Positions 53,026 through 63,583 of a stretch of DNA of 64,000 bases are shown here, one piece after another. Numbering within the stretch: position 1 is the first letter of the stretch; each line of letters opens with the position of its first letter. The notes below the pieces were generated by a model. The model had not been told where the DNA came from, did no database searches, and saw only the letters and a program-made list of their open reading frames with translations. This stretch comes from an uncultured Methanoregulaceae archaeon (lineage in GTDB: Archaea; Halobacteriota; Methanomicrobia; Methanomicrobiales; Methanospirillaceae), in the NCBI GenBank assembly GCA_963701095.1, contig OY969564.1, positions 1,824,001 through 1,888,000 of the forward strand, given 5' to 3'. A program made the position numbers and the translations under genes.

Positions 53026-54174
53026 CTAAATCTTTTTTAACTCGGTCACTTTCAGAATATCCGTGCGGGTGACGATACCGATAATTTGATTGTCGTTGAC
53101 AATGGGTATACGGCCTATGTTCCGGATTGACATGATCCTCAAAGCGTCGATAACTGAGGCACTAGGCGGGAGAGTGATAATGTTCCGGGTCATGACATCT
53201 TTTACCTGCATCGCCTCCCGGTCTATGGGAGAGGTCCGGTTCACATCTACAAGTGTAACCATACCTACTAACGTATCGCGTTCGACAACAGGAAAACCGA
53301 GATGTTTACTTGAGTACATCATGTCGATCACTTTTGTCAAAGGCATGTTTGAAGGTACGGTGATCACAGGTGAGCTCATCATATCGCCAACAACAACATC
53401 GCGAAGCAGGACATTATACTGAACTGCCGTCGATTCGAGGCCCGCACCAATATACACGAAAAGGGCGATCAGAATTAAAAACGGGGAGAGGAAAATCAAA
53501 CCGACAATCCCGAAGATAACTGCGAATGCTTTACCGACGTTTGCTGCAATGCGTGTTGCCCGGTCAAGAGGCATCCTTGACGCGAGCACAGCCCGGAGCA
53601 CCCGGCCTCCGTCCATGGGAAAAGCCGGGATCAGGTTGAATGCAAAGAGCAAAATGTTAAGCACGCCGATGTACCCGAAGAGAAAAACGAGAACCCCCTG
53701 TATCGCAGTATCCCCGGTCATTTCGGGAACGAGGTAAATGAGCCCGCAGCAGACAAGCCCGAAGGTGAGGCTTGTAACAGGTCCTGCAAGAGCCATAGGA
53801 AGCTCGGTCCTTGGCTCCGGCATTCCCTCATCCATCTGAGAAACTCCGCCGAACATAAGGAGAGTAATGCTTTGCATCTTTATTCCCTTAGACCGGGCAA
53901 CAAGACAATGAGCGAGCTCGTGGATGAGCACCCCGAAAAAAAGGCTGAGTGTGACAATCGTCCCAAGGATCCATGGCATATACCCGGACGAAACCAAGCT
54001 GGTATTGAGTTGCATCTGTATACCCAGAAGATTGAGGAATCCCTGGAGCATTTGGGTAGTGTCGTCGATCTCACTGCCAATAATATATGCAAGAAGTGGA
54101 ATTACGAGCAAAAATGTCCAGTGGAGCAGAATCGGGATGCCAAAAAGCCGCCCGATCCGAAGAGATCCGTCCAT
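53026..54174 (-). CDS. M50 site-2 protease with CBS pair
   Basis: HELAH, AGP, FNLIPAFPMDGG, two CBS domains. Confidence 0.95.
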   Translation of the reverse strand: MDGSLRIGRLFGIPILLHWTFLLVIPLLAYIIGSEIDDTTQMLQGFLNLLGIQMQLNTSLVSSGYMPWILGTIVTLSLFFGVLIHELAHCLVARSKGIKMQSITLLMFGGVSQMDEGMPEPRTELPMALAGPVTSLTFGLVCCGLIYLVPEMTGDTAIQGVLVFLFGYIGVLNILLFAFNLIPAFPMDGGRVLRAVLASRMPLDRATRIAANVGKAFAVIFGIVGLIFLSPFLILIALFVYIGAGLESTAVQYNVLLRDVVVGDMMSSPVITVPSNMPLTKVIDMMYSSKHLGFPVVERDTLVGMVTLVDVNRTSPIDREAMQVKDVMTRNIITLPPSASVIDALRIMSIRNIGRIPIVNDNQIIGIVTRTDILKVTELKKI

Positions 54175-54227
54175 AAAGTATGGATTATCTTTTTAACCCA
54201 TATGGTATATACTTTCATCTGATAACG

Positions 54228-54497
54228 ATGGAAACCCAGATTACGGATTTATTCGGGCTTGCGATTTATACGGACAAGGGCATGTTCATCGGGGAAGTCG
54301 ATGATGTCGTCCTTGACGTGGATTCAAAGAAAATCGAAGCGCTTGTCGTGGGCAAGGTAAACGAACAACTCTTCGAGCTCAAGAACTACAAAGGGCTCAA
54401 GATCCCCTACCGCATTATCAGCGCCATCGACGACATTGTGCTTATCCGCCACCTGCCAGGTGCATTTGCCGGGTCCGGCTCGATAGAGGAAGAATAA
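54228..54497 (+). CDS. PRC-barrel protein (CdpB-like cell-division factor)
   Basis: IYTDKGMFIGEVDDV, IPYRIISAIDDIVLI. Confidence 0.88.
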   Translation: METQITDLFGLAIYTDKGMFIGEVDDVVLDVDSKKIEALVVGKVNEQLFELKNYKGLKIPYRIISAIDDIVLIRHLPGAFAGSGSIEEE

Positions 54498-54588
54498 AAA
54501 TAACACAGATTTTTTTAATCTGGTGCGATCATCGGGAGGTTAATACCTCCCGCGGCTTTACTTTCTCCCGAAAAAACGGGGCAATTTC

Positions 54589-55320
54589 ATGGACAATTCT
54601 GAGATCTTCTCAAAACTCGCCACAATTCCACCTGTCTTTGTACGGCTTGACGGAAGGGCATTCCATGGTCTGACGAGGAAATATGGGTTTGCAAAACCGT
54701 TTGATGATCGGTTCTGCGAAGCGATGGTAGGGGTTTCCGTGGCACTTGTGGCCGAAAGCGGCCTTGCTCCGATTTTTGCTTATACTTTTTCCGATGAGAT
54801 CAGCTTGTATTTCAACGATCTTCCCTTCTCAGGCCGGGTGGAAAAGATAGATTCCGTTGCCTCGTCGTACGCGGCAAGTGCCCTCACGCTTGCACTTGAA
54901 GGGAATGAGCCACTCGCGTTTGATTCCCGGATTGTGCAGACTACTCCGGAATCTGCGATTGTTTATATGACTGGCCGGCAGGATGAAGCATGGCGAAACC
55001 ACTTGAATGCTTATTGCCAGCAGGCCCTTATTACAGAGGGAATGGATGGTACAATGGCTGCTAAACAACTCAAAGGTGTGCCGGCAAAGGACCTCCATGA
55101 GATGATGCATGTACGGGGAGTGAATCTTGCGAAAACTCCTGCCTGGCAGCGTCGGGGTGTGCTGGTTCATAAAAAAGAGGTGCAAAAAGAGGGCTACAAC
55201 CCAATCACGAACAAAAATGTCACGGTAACCCGGAGTATGATTATGACAGACCGGGATCTCCCCCTCTTTTCAACGCCGCAGGGACAGCTGTTTCTTAAGA
55301 ACCTTATTTGCGGACTTTAA
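54589..55320 (+). CDS. thg1: tRNA(His) guanylyltransferase Thg1/TLP
   Basis: RLDGRAFH, KPFD, SDEIS, FDSR, PAWQRRG. Confidence 0.95.
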   Translation: MDNSEIFSKLATIPPVFVRLDGRAFHGLTRKYGFAKPFDDRFCEAMVGVSVALVAESGLAPIFAYTFSDEISLYFNDLPFSGRVEKIDSVASSYAASALTLALEGNEPLAFDSRIVQTTPESAIVYMTGRQDEAWRNHLNAYCQQALITEGMDGTMAAKQLKGVPAKDLHEMMHVRGVNLAKTPAWQRRGVLVHKKEVQKEGYNPITNKNVTVTRSMIMTDRDLPLFSTPQGQLFLKNLICGL

Positions 55321-55426
55321 AATTGATTTTTCCCGTGACCTGGATTTCAATTATTTGTTGAATTACACAGTTCCCGCGACAAAGGTAGAATGGGGGTTAC
55401 CCCGGACTAAAAAATGTGACCTTTTT

Positions 55427-58400
55427 TCATTCAGCTTTTGAGAGCCCGATCGTCATCATAATGTTCTCGACATCCCAGTCTTTGCAAATCTGGTGAGACG
55501 GTGTTCCGTTATCACCTGTGAGGTGGAGTGATAATTCCTTCGCCCTGACCTCATCTGCTATCCCCTGCTTCCATCTGGTATTAAGCAGATTACAAACCCG
55601 TTCATCGGCAATAGTCACATCAGCAGTGATGAAATCCTCAACCGCAAGATCGAGTTGACGACGCATTTCCTGTATGCGGCGGATAACTTCCCGGGCGTAC
55701 CCCTCCGCTTCGAGTGATGGCGAGAGTGCCACATCCACGTAGACGGTTGCATCTGCCATGGGGGCTGAGAAGATATCTAGGGGTAGTTTTTCTGTAAACG
55801 TTACGTGCTCTGTGCTGATTTCGAAGGTCACATCATCTTTTGCCAGCATATATTTTCGTCCGGCATCAACTGCCGCTTTGACTGCATTACCGTCCGCAGA
55901 TTCGATGAGTCCCTTGACTGTGAAAGAATTTTTACCGAATCCTTTCCCGAGTGCTTTCATAACCGGTTCTGCATGCCAGCCAATCCTGTCCCACCGGCCC
56001 ATCACAACAGTGACTTTACGGGCGTTTGCCCGGTCCCTGCAGACCACCTGAAGCCGGCCAACTGCATCTTTAACTTCTGGCTTTTCAGTGACGATGACCA
56101 CCTCTTCAACCGGCCAGCGGAGTTTTCTTTTTCCCGCCTGACGGGCATTCTGTACTGCATCATCGAAAGAACGGACAAGCTCCATTGCGTGCTCCAGTTC
56201 GGTATTAACTAGTCCGTCATCGCAGCCCTGCCAATCGAGCATATGAACGCTCTCCGGGTCGTTCCTGCACCGGATATTGCAATAAACCTCTTCGGTGATA
56301 TGCGGACAGAAAGGAGCCATAAGACCCATAAGACGACGCATTACGTAGTAAATTGTTTCGTAGGCAAACAATTTCTCTTCAGATTCCCCTTCGAGCCACA
56401 TACGGGGCCTAACCAACTGGACGTACCACCTGGAGAGATCTTCGAGAATGAAATTGATTAGTTCCCGGGTTGCGCGATGAAGCTGGCATTCGCCGGTGGC
56501 CATTTCCACAATTCCGGCAACCGAATTTATCCGGGAAATGATCCAGCGATCTTCGTCAGGAAGCTGGCGGATCTTGGAGGTGATAAACGATGTATCCCAG
56601 ATTCCGTCTTTTGCATGAGGTTCGAATTTATCAAGGATCATATACGGAATAGGGAACCGGTATACATTCCAGAGGATGTTTACCGCCCGGTTAACGGTCG
56701 CAATGCCATCCCAGTTGAATTTGAGATCATCCCACGGGGCCGAGGAAGAGAGAACATAGAATCGAAGGACATCCACCCCTACTTTTGCTATTACCTCTTC
56801 GGGTGTCACCACGTTTCCGAGGCTTTTTGACATCTTTTTTCCTTCGGCATCGAGCGCGAAACCGTGCATACAGACACTTTTGTAGGGGGCTTTCCCAAAC
56901 GCGATGGTGCTCGCTCCAAGCTGCGAATAAAACCAGCCTCGAGTCTGATCCTGTCCTTCGGTAATAAAGTCTGCCGGCCAGATTTTTTCGAATTCAGCCG
57001 TCTCTTTGGGGAAGCCGAGAGTAGCCCACGATGCGACTGCAGAATCGAACCAGACATCGAAGATATCCTCGACCCGGTGCATTGTACCCCCACACGCACA
57101 TGGAATTGTTACCTCATCCACAAACGGCCGGTGAGGATCAGGAATACTCTTTCCACTAGCCGTTTCGAGTTCCCCGATTGTACCTATAACGCGATATTTG
57201 TCACATTTTTTACAGATCCAGACCGGTATTGGGATTCCCCAGTACCGCTGCCGGGAGATGCACCAGTCCCGGGCCTCTTTAATCCAATCATAAAACCGGG
57301 CACTTCCTGCCCACTCTGGATACCATGTGACATTTTCAACTTCACGCAGCATGAGATCCCGGATTTCCGATGCCTTCAAAAACCATTGTGAAGTCGCCCG
57401 GAAGATAATCGGTGTCTTGCAGCGCCAGCAGTGACCGTACCGGTGAACGATCCTCTCGGTTGCCATTAAGCAGTCTCCAAGGGAATCAAGTACATCCTGA
57501 TTTGAATCTCTCACAGCCTTTCCGGCAAACACGCCAGCTTCCGGCAGGAATCTCCCCGCACCGTCAACAGGGCAAACTATGGCAAGCTTCTCCTCAGTCC
57601 CGAGAACATAATCATCCCACCCGTGACCTGGCGCGATATGGACGAGACCGGTATTTTCCAGCGCGACAAAATCCCCGGCAACGATACGGTGCTTAATATC
57701 GCGCTGGAGCGGAACCTGTTCAATAAGTGGGGATTCGTACTCCCAACCAATCAGTTCGGAACCTTTTTTTGACTCTAATACCTCGAATTTCTGATACCTT
57801 CCTTTTTTAAGTACGGATTTCATCAATGATTCCGCCATCCAGAGGTATTCAGCCCGACCGCCTTTCTCTCCGCGGACCTTGGCATAAACAAAATCTTTTG
57901 CCACCGCTACTGCGACATTTGCCGGCAGTGTCCAGGGTGTGGTAGTCCAGATAACCAGGTGCTCGTCAGCCTTTCCTTTGATCGGAAACTTGACAAAGAC
58001 CGAGGGATCGGCCTCGTCCCAATATTCCACTTCCGCATCCGCGATCGCCGTTTCACACCTGGGGCACCAGTTAACGACACGGTGACCCCGTTCGAGCATC
58101 CCCTTCTCTTCGGCCCGGGCCAGAGTCCACCACGCAGCCTCGACATATTCCGGAGTAATGGTCTGGTAAGCTCCCGGAAAATCAAGCCATATACCCAGAC
58201 TCTCGAACTGATCATCCATAAGTTGCTTATTTTTTATCGCGAAATCGCGGCATTTTTCGATGAACTCCTTTATTCCGAATGTCTCAATATCTTTTTTCGA
58301 AGAAAATCCGAGAGTTTGCTCGACTTTAACTTCGATGGGAAGACCGTGCATATCGTAGCCCGCACGATCAATCACGTTTAGTCCCTTCATCCTGTAGAAC

Positions 58401-58606
58401 CTGAGGATCGAGTCTTTTATGATTTTGTTCCATGCAGTACCCAAATGGATCTGCCCCGTAGTATACGGCGGGCCATCGACAAAAAAGAAGGTTTTACCAG
58501 CTCCTCGGAGTTCCTTTACTGTTTTGTACGTCGCATGAGTGCTCCACGAGTTCTGCACCCTGCATTCGATCTCCTTTGCATTGAAGTTCGCATTGACTTC
58601 TTTCAC
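55427..58606 (-). CDS. ileS: Isoleucine-tRNA ligase
   Basis: DGPPY, HLGT, WTTTPWT, WCISRQRYWG, KMSKS. Confidence 0.99.
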   Translation of the reverse strand: MKEVNANFNAKEIECRVQNSWSTHATYKTVKELRGAGKTFFFVDGPPYTTGQIHLGTAWNKIIKDSILRFYRMKGLNVIDRAGYDMHGLPIEVKVEQTLGFSSKKDIETFGIKEFIEKCRDFAIKNKQLMDDQFESLGIWLDFPGAYQTITPEYVEAAWWTLARAEEKGMLERGHRVVNWCPRCETAIADAEVEYWDEADPSVFVKFPIKGKADEHLVIWTTTPWTLPANVAVAVAKDFVYAKVRGEKGGRAEYLWMAESLMKSVLKKGRYQKFEVLESKKGSELIGWEYESPLIEQVPLQRDIKHRIVAGDFVALENTGLVHIAPGHGWDDYVLGTEEKLAIVCPVDGAGRFLPEAGVFAGKAVRDSNQDVLDSLGDCLMATERIVHRYGHCWRCKTPIIFRATSQWFLKASEIRDLMLREVENVTWYPEWAGSARFYDWIKEARDWCISRQRYWGIPIPVWICKKCDKYRVIGTIGELETASGKSIPDPHRPFVDEVTIPCACGGTMHRVEDIFDVWFDSAVASWATLGFPKETAEFEKIWPADFITEGQDQTRGWFYSQLGASTIAFGKAPYKSVCMHGFALDAEGKKMSKSLGNVVTPEEVIAKVGVDVLRFYVLSSSAPWDDLKFNWDGIATVNRAVNILWNVYRFPIPYMILDKFEPHAKDGIWDTSFITSKIRQLPDEDRWIISRINSVAGIVEMATGECQLHRATRELINFILEDLSRWYVQLVRPRMWLEGESEEKLFAYETIYYVMRRLMGLMAPFCPHITEEVYCNIRCRNDPESVHMLDWQGCDDGLVNTELEHAMELVRSFDDAVQNARQAGKRKLRWPVEEVVIVTEKPEVKDAVGRLQVVCRDRANARKVTVVMGRWDRIGWHAEPVMKALGKGFGKNSFTVKGLIESADGNAVKAAVDAGRKYMLAKDDVTFEISTEHVTFTEKLPLDIFSAPMADATVYVDVALSPSLEAEGYAREVIRRIQEMRRQLDLAVEDFITADVTIADERVCNLLNTRWKQGIADEVRAKELSLHLTGDNGTPSHQICKDWDVENIMMTIGLSKAE

Positions 58607-58781
58607 AAAATCCCTCTGTTACGGTGGCGGGATGCCTAAACGTATCGATGAATATTGGTTTTTGAGGACAAATTAGTTTTCTAGTACCTTTCTGCATTTT
58701 GTTGATGTTTATAGAACGGCAGAATGGAACAATGAAATAACATCAAATCTCTCCCGGTGATAAAAGGGAGATGATTCCCAC

Positions 58782-60509
58782 TTACTCGAAGGTCAGGATT
58801 TCCGGATAAAACATTTTTATCAGGTTTTCGATGTAAATATATGATTTCTTATGATCGATATATACCCGGAAAGTGATACCGTCATTTTTTCTTACATCAA
58901 GGTAACCGGCAAGAAGCACGGGTTTTTTAAGGATTATTTTTGCCAGATCTTTTCTTTCCGCTTCAAAGACCTTGCAGTTTTCAAGTTCCCCCAGTGACTT
59001 CTGGCGCGTATCCGGGGCATTTCCGAAGAATTCATCAATAATAAATGTACTGAACTGGACTCCTTGTGGTCCGTTGAGGTCAAGATCAGGATCCCGGATC
59101 ACAAACAATCTGCGGTTGGTAGCATATACGCCATATCCTCCAGTGGACGATCCGATTGCACCTGCAATTGCCCCGCTTACGCCTTCACTAGCGATCTTGA
59201 GGGTCAGGCTTGAGATCCCGCCAAGATATTCTTCAGAAGGGCCACTCATAAAGTCCTCCTGTACTTCACTTACAGTGATCGCCTCAATAGCTGCGATCAG
59301 CTGACCGGCTGTATCCAGAACAGGAGAACATTTGCCCTGCAGGATCATAGGCCTGCCACGGATTGCAACATGTTCCTTTTCTCCGATGAACGTATCACCC
59401 ACTTTTTTTGCCGCGGGGATGAGTTTGCTCCCGCTGGCCCCCGGTGACCGGATTATATGGTCGATAAGCATATACCCGGGTTTACCATAGAACGGAACTG
59501 CATATTCCTGATTGCCTTTACCGATCATCTCTACTGCAGGGACACCGGTTAACTGGGCAAGTTTTGCGCTCCATGCAATAATCACACCCGCTGCATCGAC
59601 GGCAAAGACAGGAGCATCAAGTGACTGGAGCGTCGCCATAAGGTCGCTCCACTCCCCCCCCCCCATTTCCTCTTTTAATTCCTCGGAAAGTCCCTGTTGT
59701 GCGGAAAATGACTCTCCTGCATCACCAGAGCTACTTCCGCCAATACGGACGAGGTTTGATGTATCCCTCCCGGCAAGCTGGTATTCCTGGATTGCCCCGG
59801 CCTGCGTGAAAAACCCATGATACCCCCATTCAAGAAGGACACTCCTTCCATCACCGGCAATGACGTGATGCTGGAGGAGACAGTCTGGTTTTTCAGGAGA
59901 AAGAGTCTGGAGGTTTATAAGAATTTCCCCGCGTTCGCTGTCAGGAATAAAACCAAAGAAGTTTTCCCGGACCAGCTGACGATAGGGTTGTTTGTAAAGA
60001 TGGACACAGGGTTCATTTACAAATGTAAAGGTGCCGTCGTTTTTAATCCTGCATATAAGCTCTGCACCATTGTCGACAATCGAGTTATAGAACCTAGCCC
60101 ACGAGATCAGTTCATACTCGGCATTTTTCTGGGGGACACGTATCCTGATAAAATCGATCAGTCGTGCAACTTCATTTGCCATATCAGCACCTTTCTGCAG
60201 ATAATAATCTGCCCCCGTATTGAGAGCATCCCGTGCGATATGCGCGAGTCTTTTTGCCGTGGCCATAATAAAGATTGACTGCCCCCCTCGTGCCCTTATC
60301 TCTTTAAGAAGGGAAAGTCCGTCCATCTCGGGCATTGCATAATCCGAGATAATAACATCAAAATACTGACGGTTAAGCAGATCCAGTGCATCGGCAGCAG
60401 AAAGTGCAGTTGTGACTACCAGGTCCTTTTCCTGTTCGAGCCGTGCTTTGAAAGCATCCAGAAACAATGGTTCGTCATCGATGCAGAGGAGCGATATTGT
60501 TTGCGGCAT
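58782..60509 (-). CDS. Response regulator: REC-PAS-PAS plus unknown C-terminal domain
   Basis: IDDE, SDYAMPEMDG, YLQK; two PAS-like regions; no kinase or HTH. Confidence 0.85.
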   Translation of the reverse strand: MPQTISLLCIDDEPLFLDAFKARLEQEKDLVVTTALSAADALDLLNRQYFDVIISDYAMPEMDGLSLLKEIRARGGQSIFIMATAKRLAHIARDALNTGADYYLQKGADMANEVARLIDFIRIRVPQKNAEYELISWARFYNSIVDNGAELICRIKNDGTFTFVNEPCVHLYKQPYRQLVRENFFGFIPDSERGEILINLQTLSPEKPDCLLQHHVIAGDGRSVLLEWGYHGFFTQAGAIQEYQLAGRDTSNLVRIGGSSSGDAGESFSAQQGLSEELKEEMGGGEWSDLMATLQSLDAPVFAVDAAGVIIAWSAKLAQLTGVPAVEMIGKGNQEYAVPFYGKPGYMLIDHIIRSPGASGSKLIPAAKKVGDTFIGEKEHVAIRGRPMILQGKCSPVLDTAGQLIAAIEAITVSEVQEDFMSGPSEEYLGGISSLTLKIASEGVSGAIAGAIGSSTGGYGVYATNRRLFVIRDPDLDLNGPQGVQFSTFIIDEFFGNAPDTRQKSLGELENCKVFEAERKDLAKIILKKPVLLAGYLDVRKNDGITFRVYIDHKKSYIYIENLIKMFYPEILTFE

Positions 60510-60674
60510 AATAATGCTCCTAGTCTGTATCCAGATAGTTGCTGTTCATATTAAATAAATTATTTAATTTATTTTTTATTGTCGGGAACAGCCTTATGGC
60601 ATGCCCGATAAAGTGTCATTCTTATTAAATGAGTGTTCCTGGTTAATATAGAAAATAAAGGTATTATAACCTCA

Positions 60675-60851
60675 TTATTTGAAACAGCCAAGCTGGCACG
60701 CCCGGATTTTAATCCCGTGCGTATTGCAGTACTCACTGATCTCAGTTTTAGAAATATGGTGTTTTTCGGCAACCGCAAATGCTTGTGGGCAGGTTATCAT
60801 CTTTACGATTTTTTCCTCAGCAAATGCCATCTCAATTTTTCTTTCGTCCAT
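60675..60851 (-). CDS. Small Cys-rich conserved protein (CQLGCF motif)
   Basis: ITCPQAFAVAE...EYCNTHGIKIRACQLGCFK. Confidence 0.75.
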   Translation of the reverse strand: MDERKIEMAFAEEKIVKMITCPQAFAVAEKHHISKTEISEYCNTHGIKIRACQLGCFK

Positions 60852-60955
60852 TATACCAGAATAGTAAACTTTCAAAGGTCATAGTATTTCTGAACCTGAC
60901 ATCGGCATCTCTATTTCCCGCGAGCCTTTTTTGTTCGGACTACCTATAATTATCC

Positions 60956-62271
60956 ATGAAGGTGGCGTTGATCAACTCCCGCGACGATCTTGCGGGATGC
61001 AATATCCGGCACCAAATCGAACAATGCCTATCCGAAGATCCCTCACACGCCCTGTGTGAGGAACGAAGTTATGATTTTTTTGAGGTCAGTGGTCGCCTTA
61101 TCCATGCAGCAGGCATTGATGCAGATATTGATGCCGATCTGGTTATCTTCCTGTCACGGCATTCCAGTGTAAATCCTGTGCCTGTGTTAACCGTTCATGC
61201 CACCGGGAATTTCGGTGCCGCGGAACTGGGCGGCAGCCCCCACTCGCTTGCCCCTGCAGCCCCCGCAATGATGCAGGCTACACTGCGAGCGTTATCCCAA
61301 CACTTCCCCCAAGGGTACCGGGTCTGGTACAAGGTCACACATCATGGTCCTACTGAATTGTATCATCCTTCATTTTTTGTCGAAATCGGAAGCACGGAAA
61401 AGGAGTGGGTTGATCCGGTTGCCGGAAGAGCAGTCGCCGAAGCTGTGCTGGATGCAACACCTTTGGATGCTATCCCGTTAATCGGTATCGGTGGGACACA
61501 TTATGCACCTCGGGAAACTGCCATAGCCCTTTCCACCCGGGTGCGTTTGGGCATATCGCCAGCTCCCTTCGCCAAGTCGCTTTACTTGACAAGGATATGG
61601 TGGAGGCAATGATAGTGCAGAGCGGGGCCATTGCTGCTTTCATCGACCGGAAAGCAGTATCCCGCCCTGATCTTGAACGGCTGACAACCATCCTCGATTC
61701 CCTGAATATCCCCCGGCTTTCTGAGCATGAGATCACTGCCCTTGACAATCTGTCCTGGGATACATACAATGCCATCCGAGACCTTGCGGGGGGCGTCTGT
61801 CCCGGCTCACGGTGTTTTGTCCACGGGCTGGATGGCAGCGGATCGCTCACAGTTATTTCCCCGGACCTGACGCTTTTTACTGAAGCGAAAAGATGTGACG
61901 AACCTGCTTTAATCAGTGGTCTTGGACATCTTTCCCTTGTCCACCTGACTGATGAAAACAATGTCCTGCTGCCGTATTTTATTGTTTTTTGTAAAGATTC
62001 TTCAGAATTAATAAATGCTTTAAATACATTGTGCGTGAAAATCATACGTAACAGGGAAAACACTGCGACGGAGAATGATTGTCTGGTTATCAGAAAGATC
62101 CGGTTCGACCCTGAAAAAGCGCGCAAACTGGGTGTGCCGGCTGGACCTGCATATCGTCAGCTCGCCACTGGTCAGGCTGTGGAACTTGATGGCAGGGTGA
62201 TATCGCCGGATCAGGTATCCGTCGTCAGTGAGACCCGGATCCACATCCCGGGATTGGAGAACTACTCATGA
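60956..62271 (+). CDS. dtdA: Archaeal D-aminoacyl-tRNA deacylase (DTD2) with C-terminal extension; -1 frameshift near 61540
   Basis: SRHSS, LTVHATGN, THHGP, FVEIGS, GGTHY. Confidence 0.92.
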
Positions 62272-63358
62272 GGTCGATTGTTGAAGAGGCACTTACAAAG
62301 GCGAGAGATGAGACTGCAACATCTTCGCAAAATAACGAGGATCTTGATCAGATCTTAAGCGAACTCAAAACCGAGATAACTGTTATCGGCTGCGGAGGTA
62401 GCGGTTCCAATACGGTTACGCGCATGATGGAAGAGGGGATTCATGGCGCAAAACTGATCGCTATCAATACAGATGCGCAGCATTTGATACGGACCCATGC
62501 CGACCAGCGTATGCTTATCGGCAGGCAGCGGACCCGGGGCTCGGTGCCGGCTCCATTCCGCAGATCGGCGAGGAAGCTGCGCTCGAGAACGAACAGGATA
62601 TACGTGCAGCCGTCTCCGGGTGCGATATGGTCTTTATCACTGTCGGCCTTGGTGGCGGTACCGGGACAGGCTCCGCTCCCGTCGTGGCTAAAGCTGCGAG
62701 GGAAGAAGGCGCGCTTACTATAGCGGTTGTCACCCTGCCGTTTGCCTCCGAGGGTGCAATCCGGATGGAGAACGCTGAAGCCGGTCTTGAACGCCTCCGG
62801 GATGTGGCAGATACGGTCATCGTTGTTCCCAATGATCGCCTGCTTGAGGTTGTTCCCAAGCTTCCCCTGGCTGCAGCATTCAAGGTTTCTGATGAAGTAC
62901 TCATGAGGGCAGTCAAGGGCATCACAGAGCTCATCACTATGCCCGGTCTTGTGAATCTTGACTTTGCCGATGTTCGCACGGTTATGGAACGCGGTGGCGT
63001 CGCCATGATTGGCATGGGAGAAAGTGACAGTGAGGATAAAGCTGCCGACTCAGTTAAAAAGGCAATCCGTTCACCACTTCTTGATGTGGACATCTCCGGA
63101 GCAACAGCAGCGCTTGTAAATGTAGTCGGAGGCCCGGACATGACAATGGCAGAAGCTGAGGGTGTAGTCCAGGAAGTCTATTCCCGTGTAGACCAAAATG
63201 CGCGGATCATCTGGGGTGCGCAGATCGATCCGACGATGTCGAATAAGATGCGAACGTTGCTGGTGGTCACGGGCGTACGGTCGCCACAAATATATGGTCG
63301 CAATGAGAAGCTTACCCCCAAAGTACAGAAACAGTATGAGATCGATTTTCTCAAGTGA
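62268..63358 (+). CDS. ftsZ: Cell division protein FtsZ; -1 frameshift near 62537
   Basis: [25 protein letters not shown]. Confidence 0.97.
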
Positions 63359-63364
63359 TCAGTT

Positions 63365-63571
63365 ATGGAAATTTCAAAACCTGATATAAAAGTCGACGTG
63401 CACGAGGAATTATTTCGCAAGTACTTCCGTGTCCTGAAACTCGCGCGCACACCAACCCGGGAAGAGTTCTCAAAAATCGCTACGGTAGCGGCGGCCGGGA
63501 TACTTCTCATAGGGTTGATTGGTTTTATCATCTACCTGTTCTTCGAACACAAGAAACTTCTAGGATTCTAA
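63365..63571 (+). CDS. secE: Protein translocase SecE/Sec61 gamma
   Basis: RVLKLARTPTREEF plus TM; ftsZ-secE-spt5 context. Confidence 0.95.
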   Translation: MEISKPDIKVDVHEELFRKYFRVLKLARTPTREEFSKIATVAAAGILLIGLIGFIIYLFFEHKKLLGF

Positions 63572-63583
63572 ACAGAGATTGTC

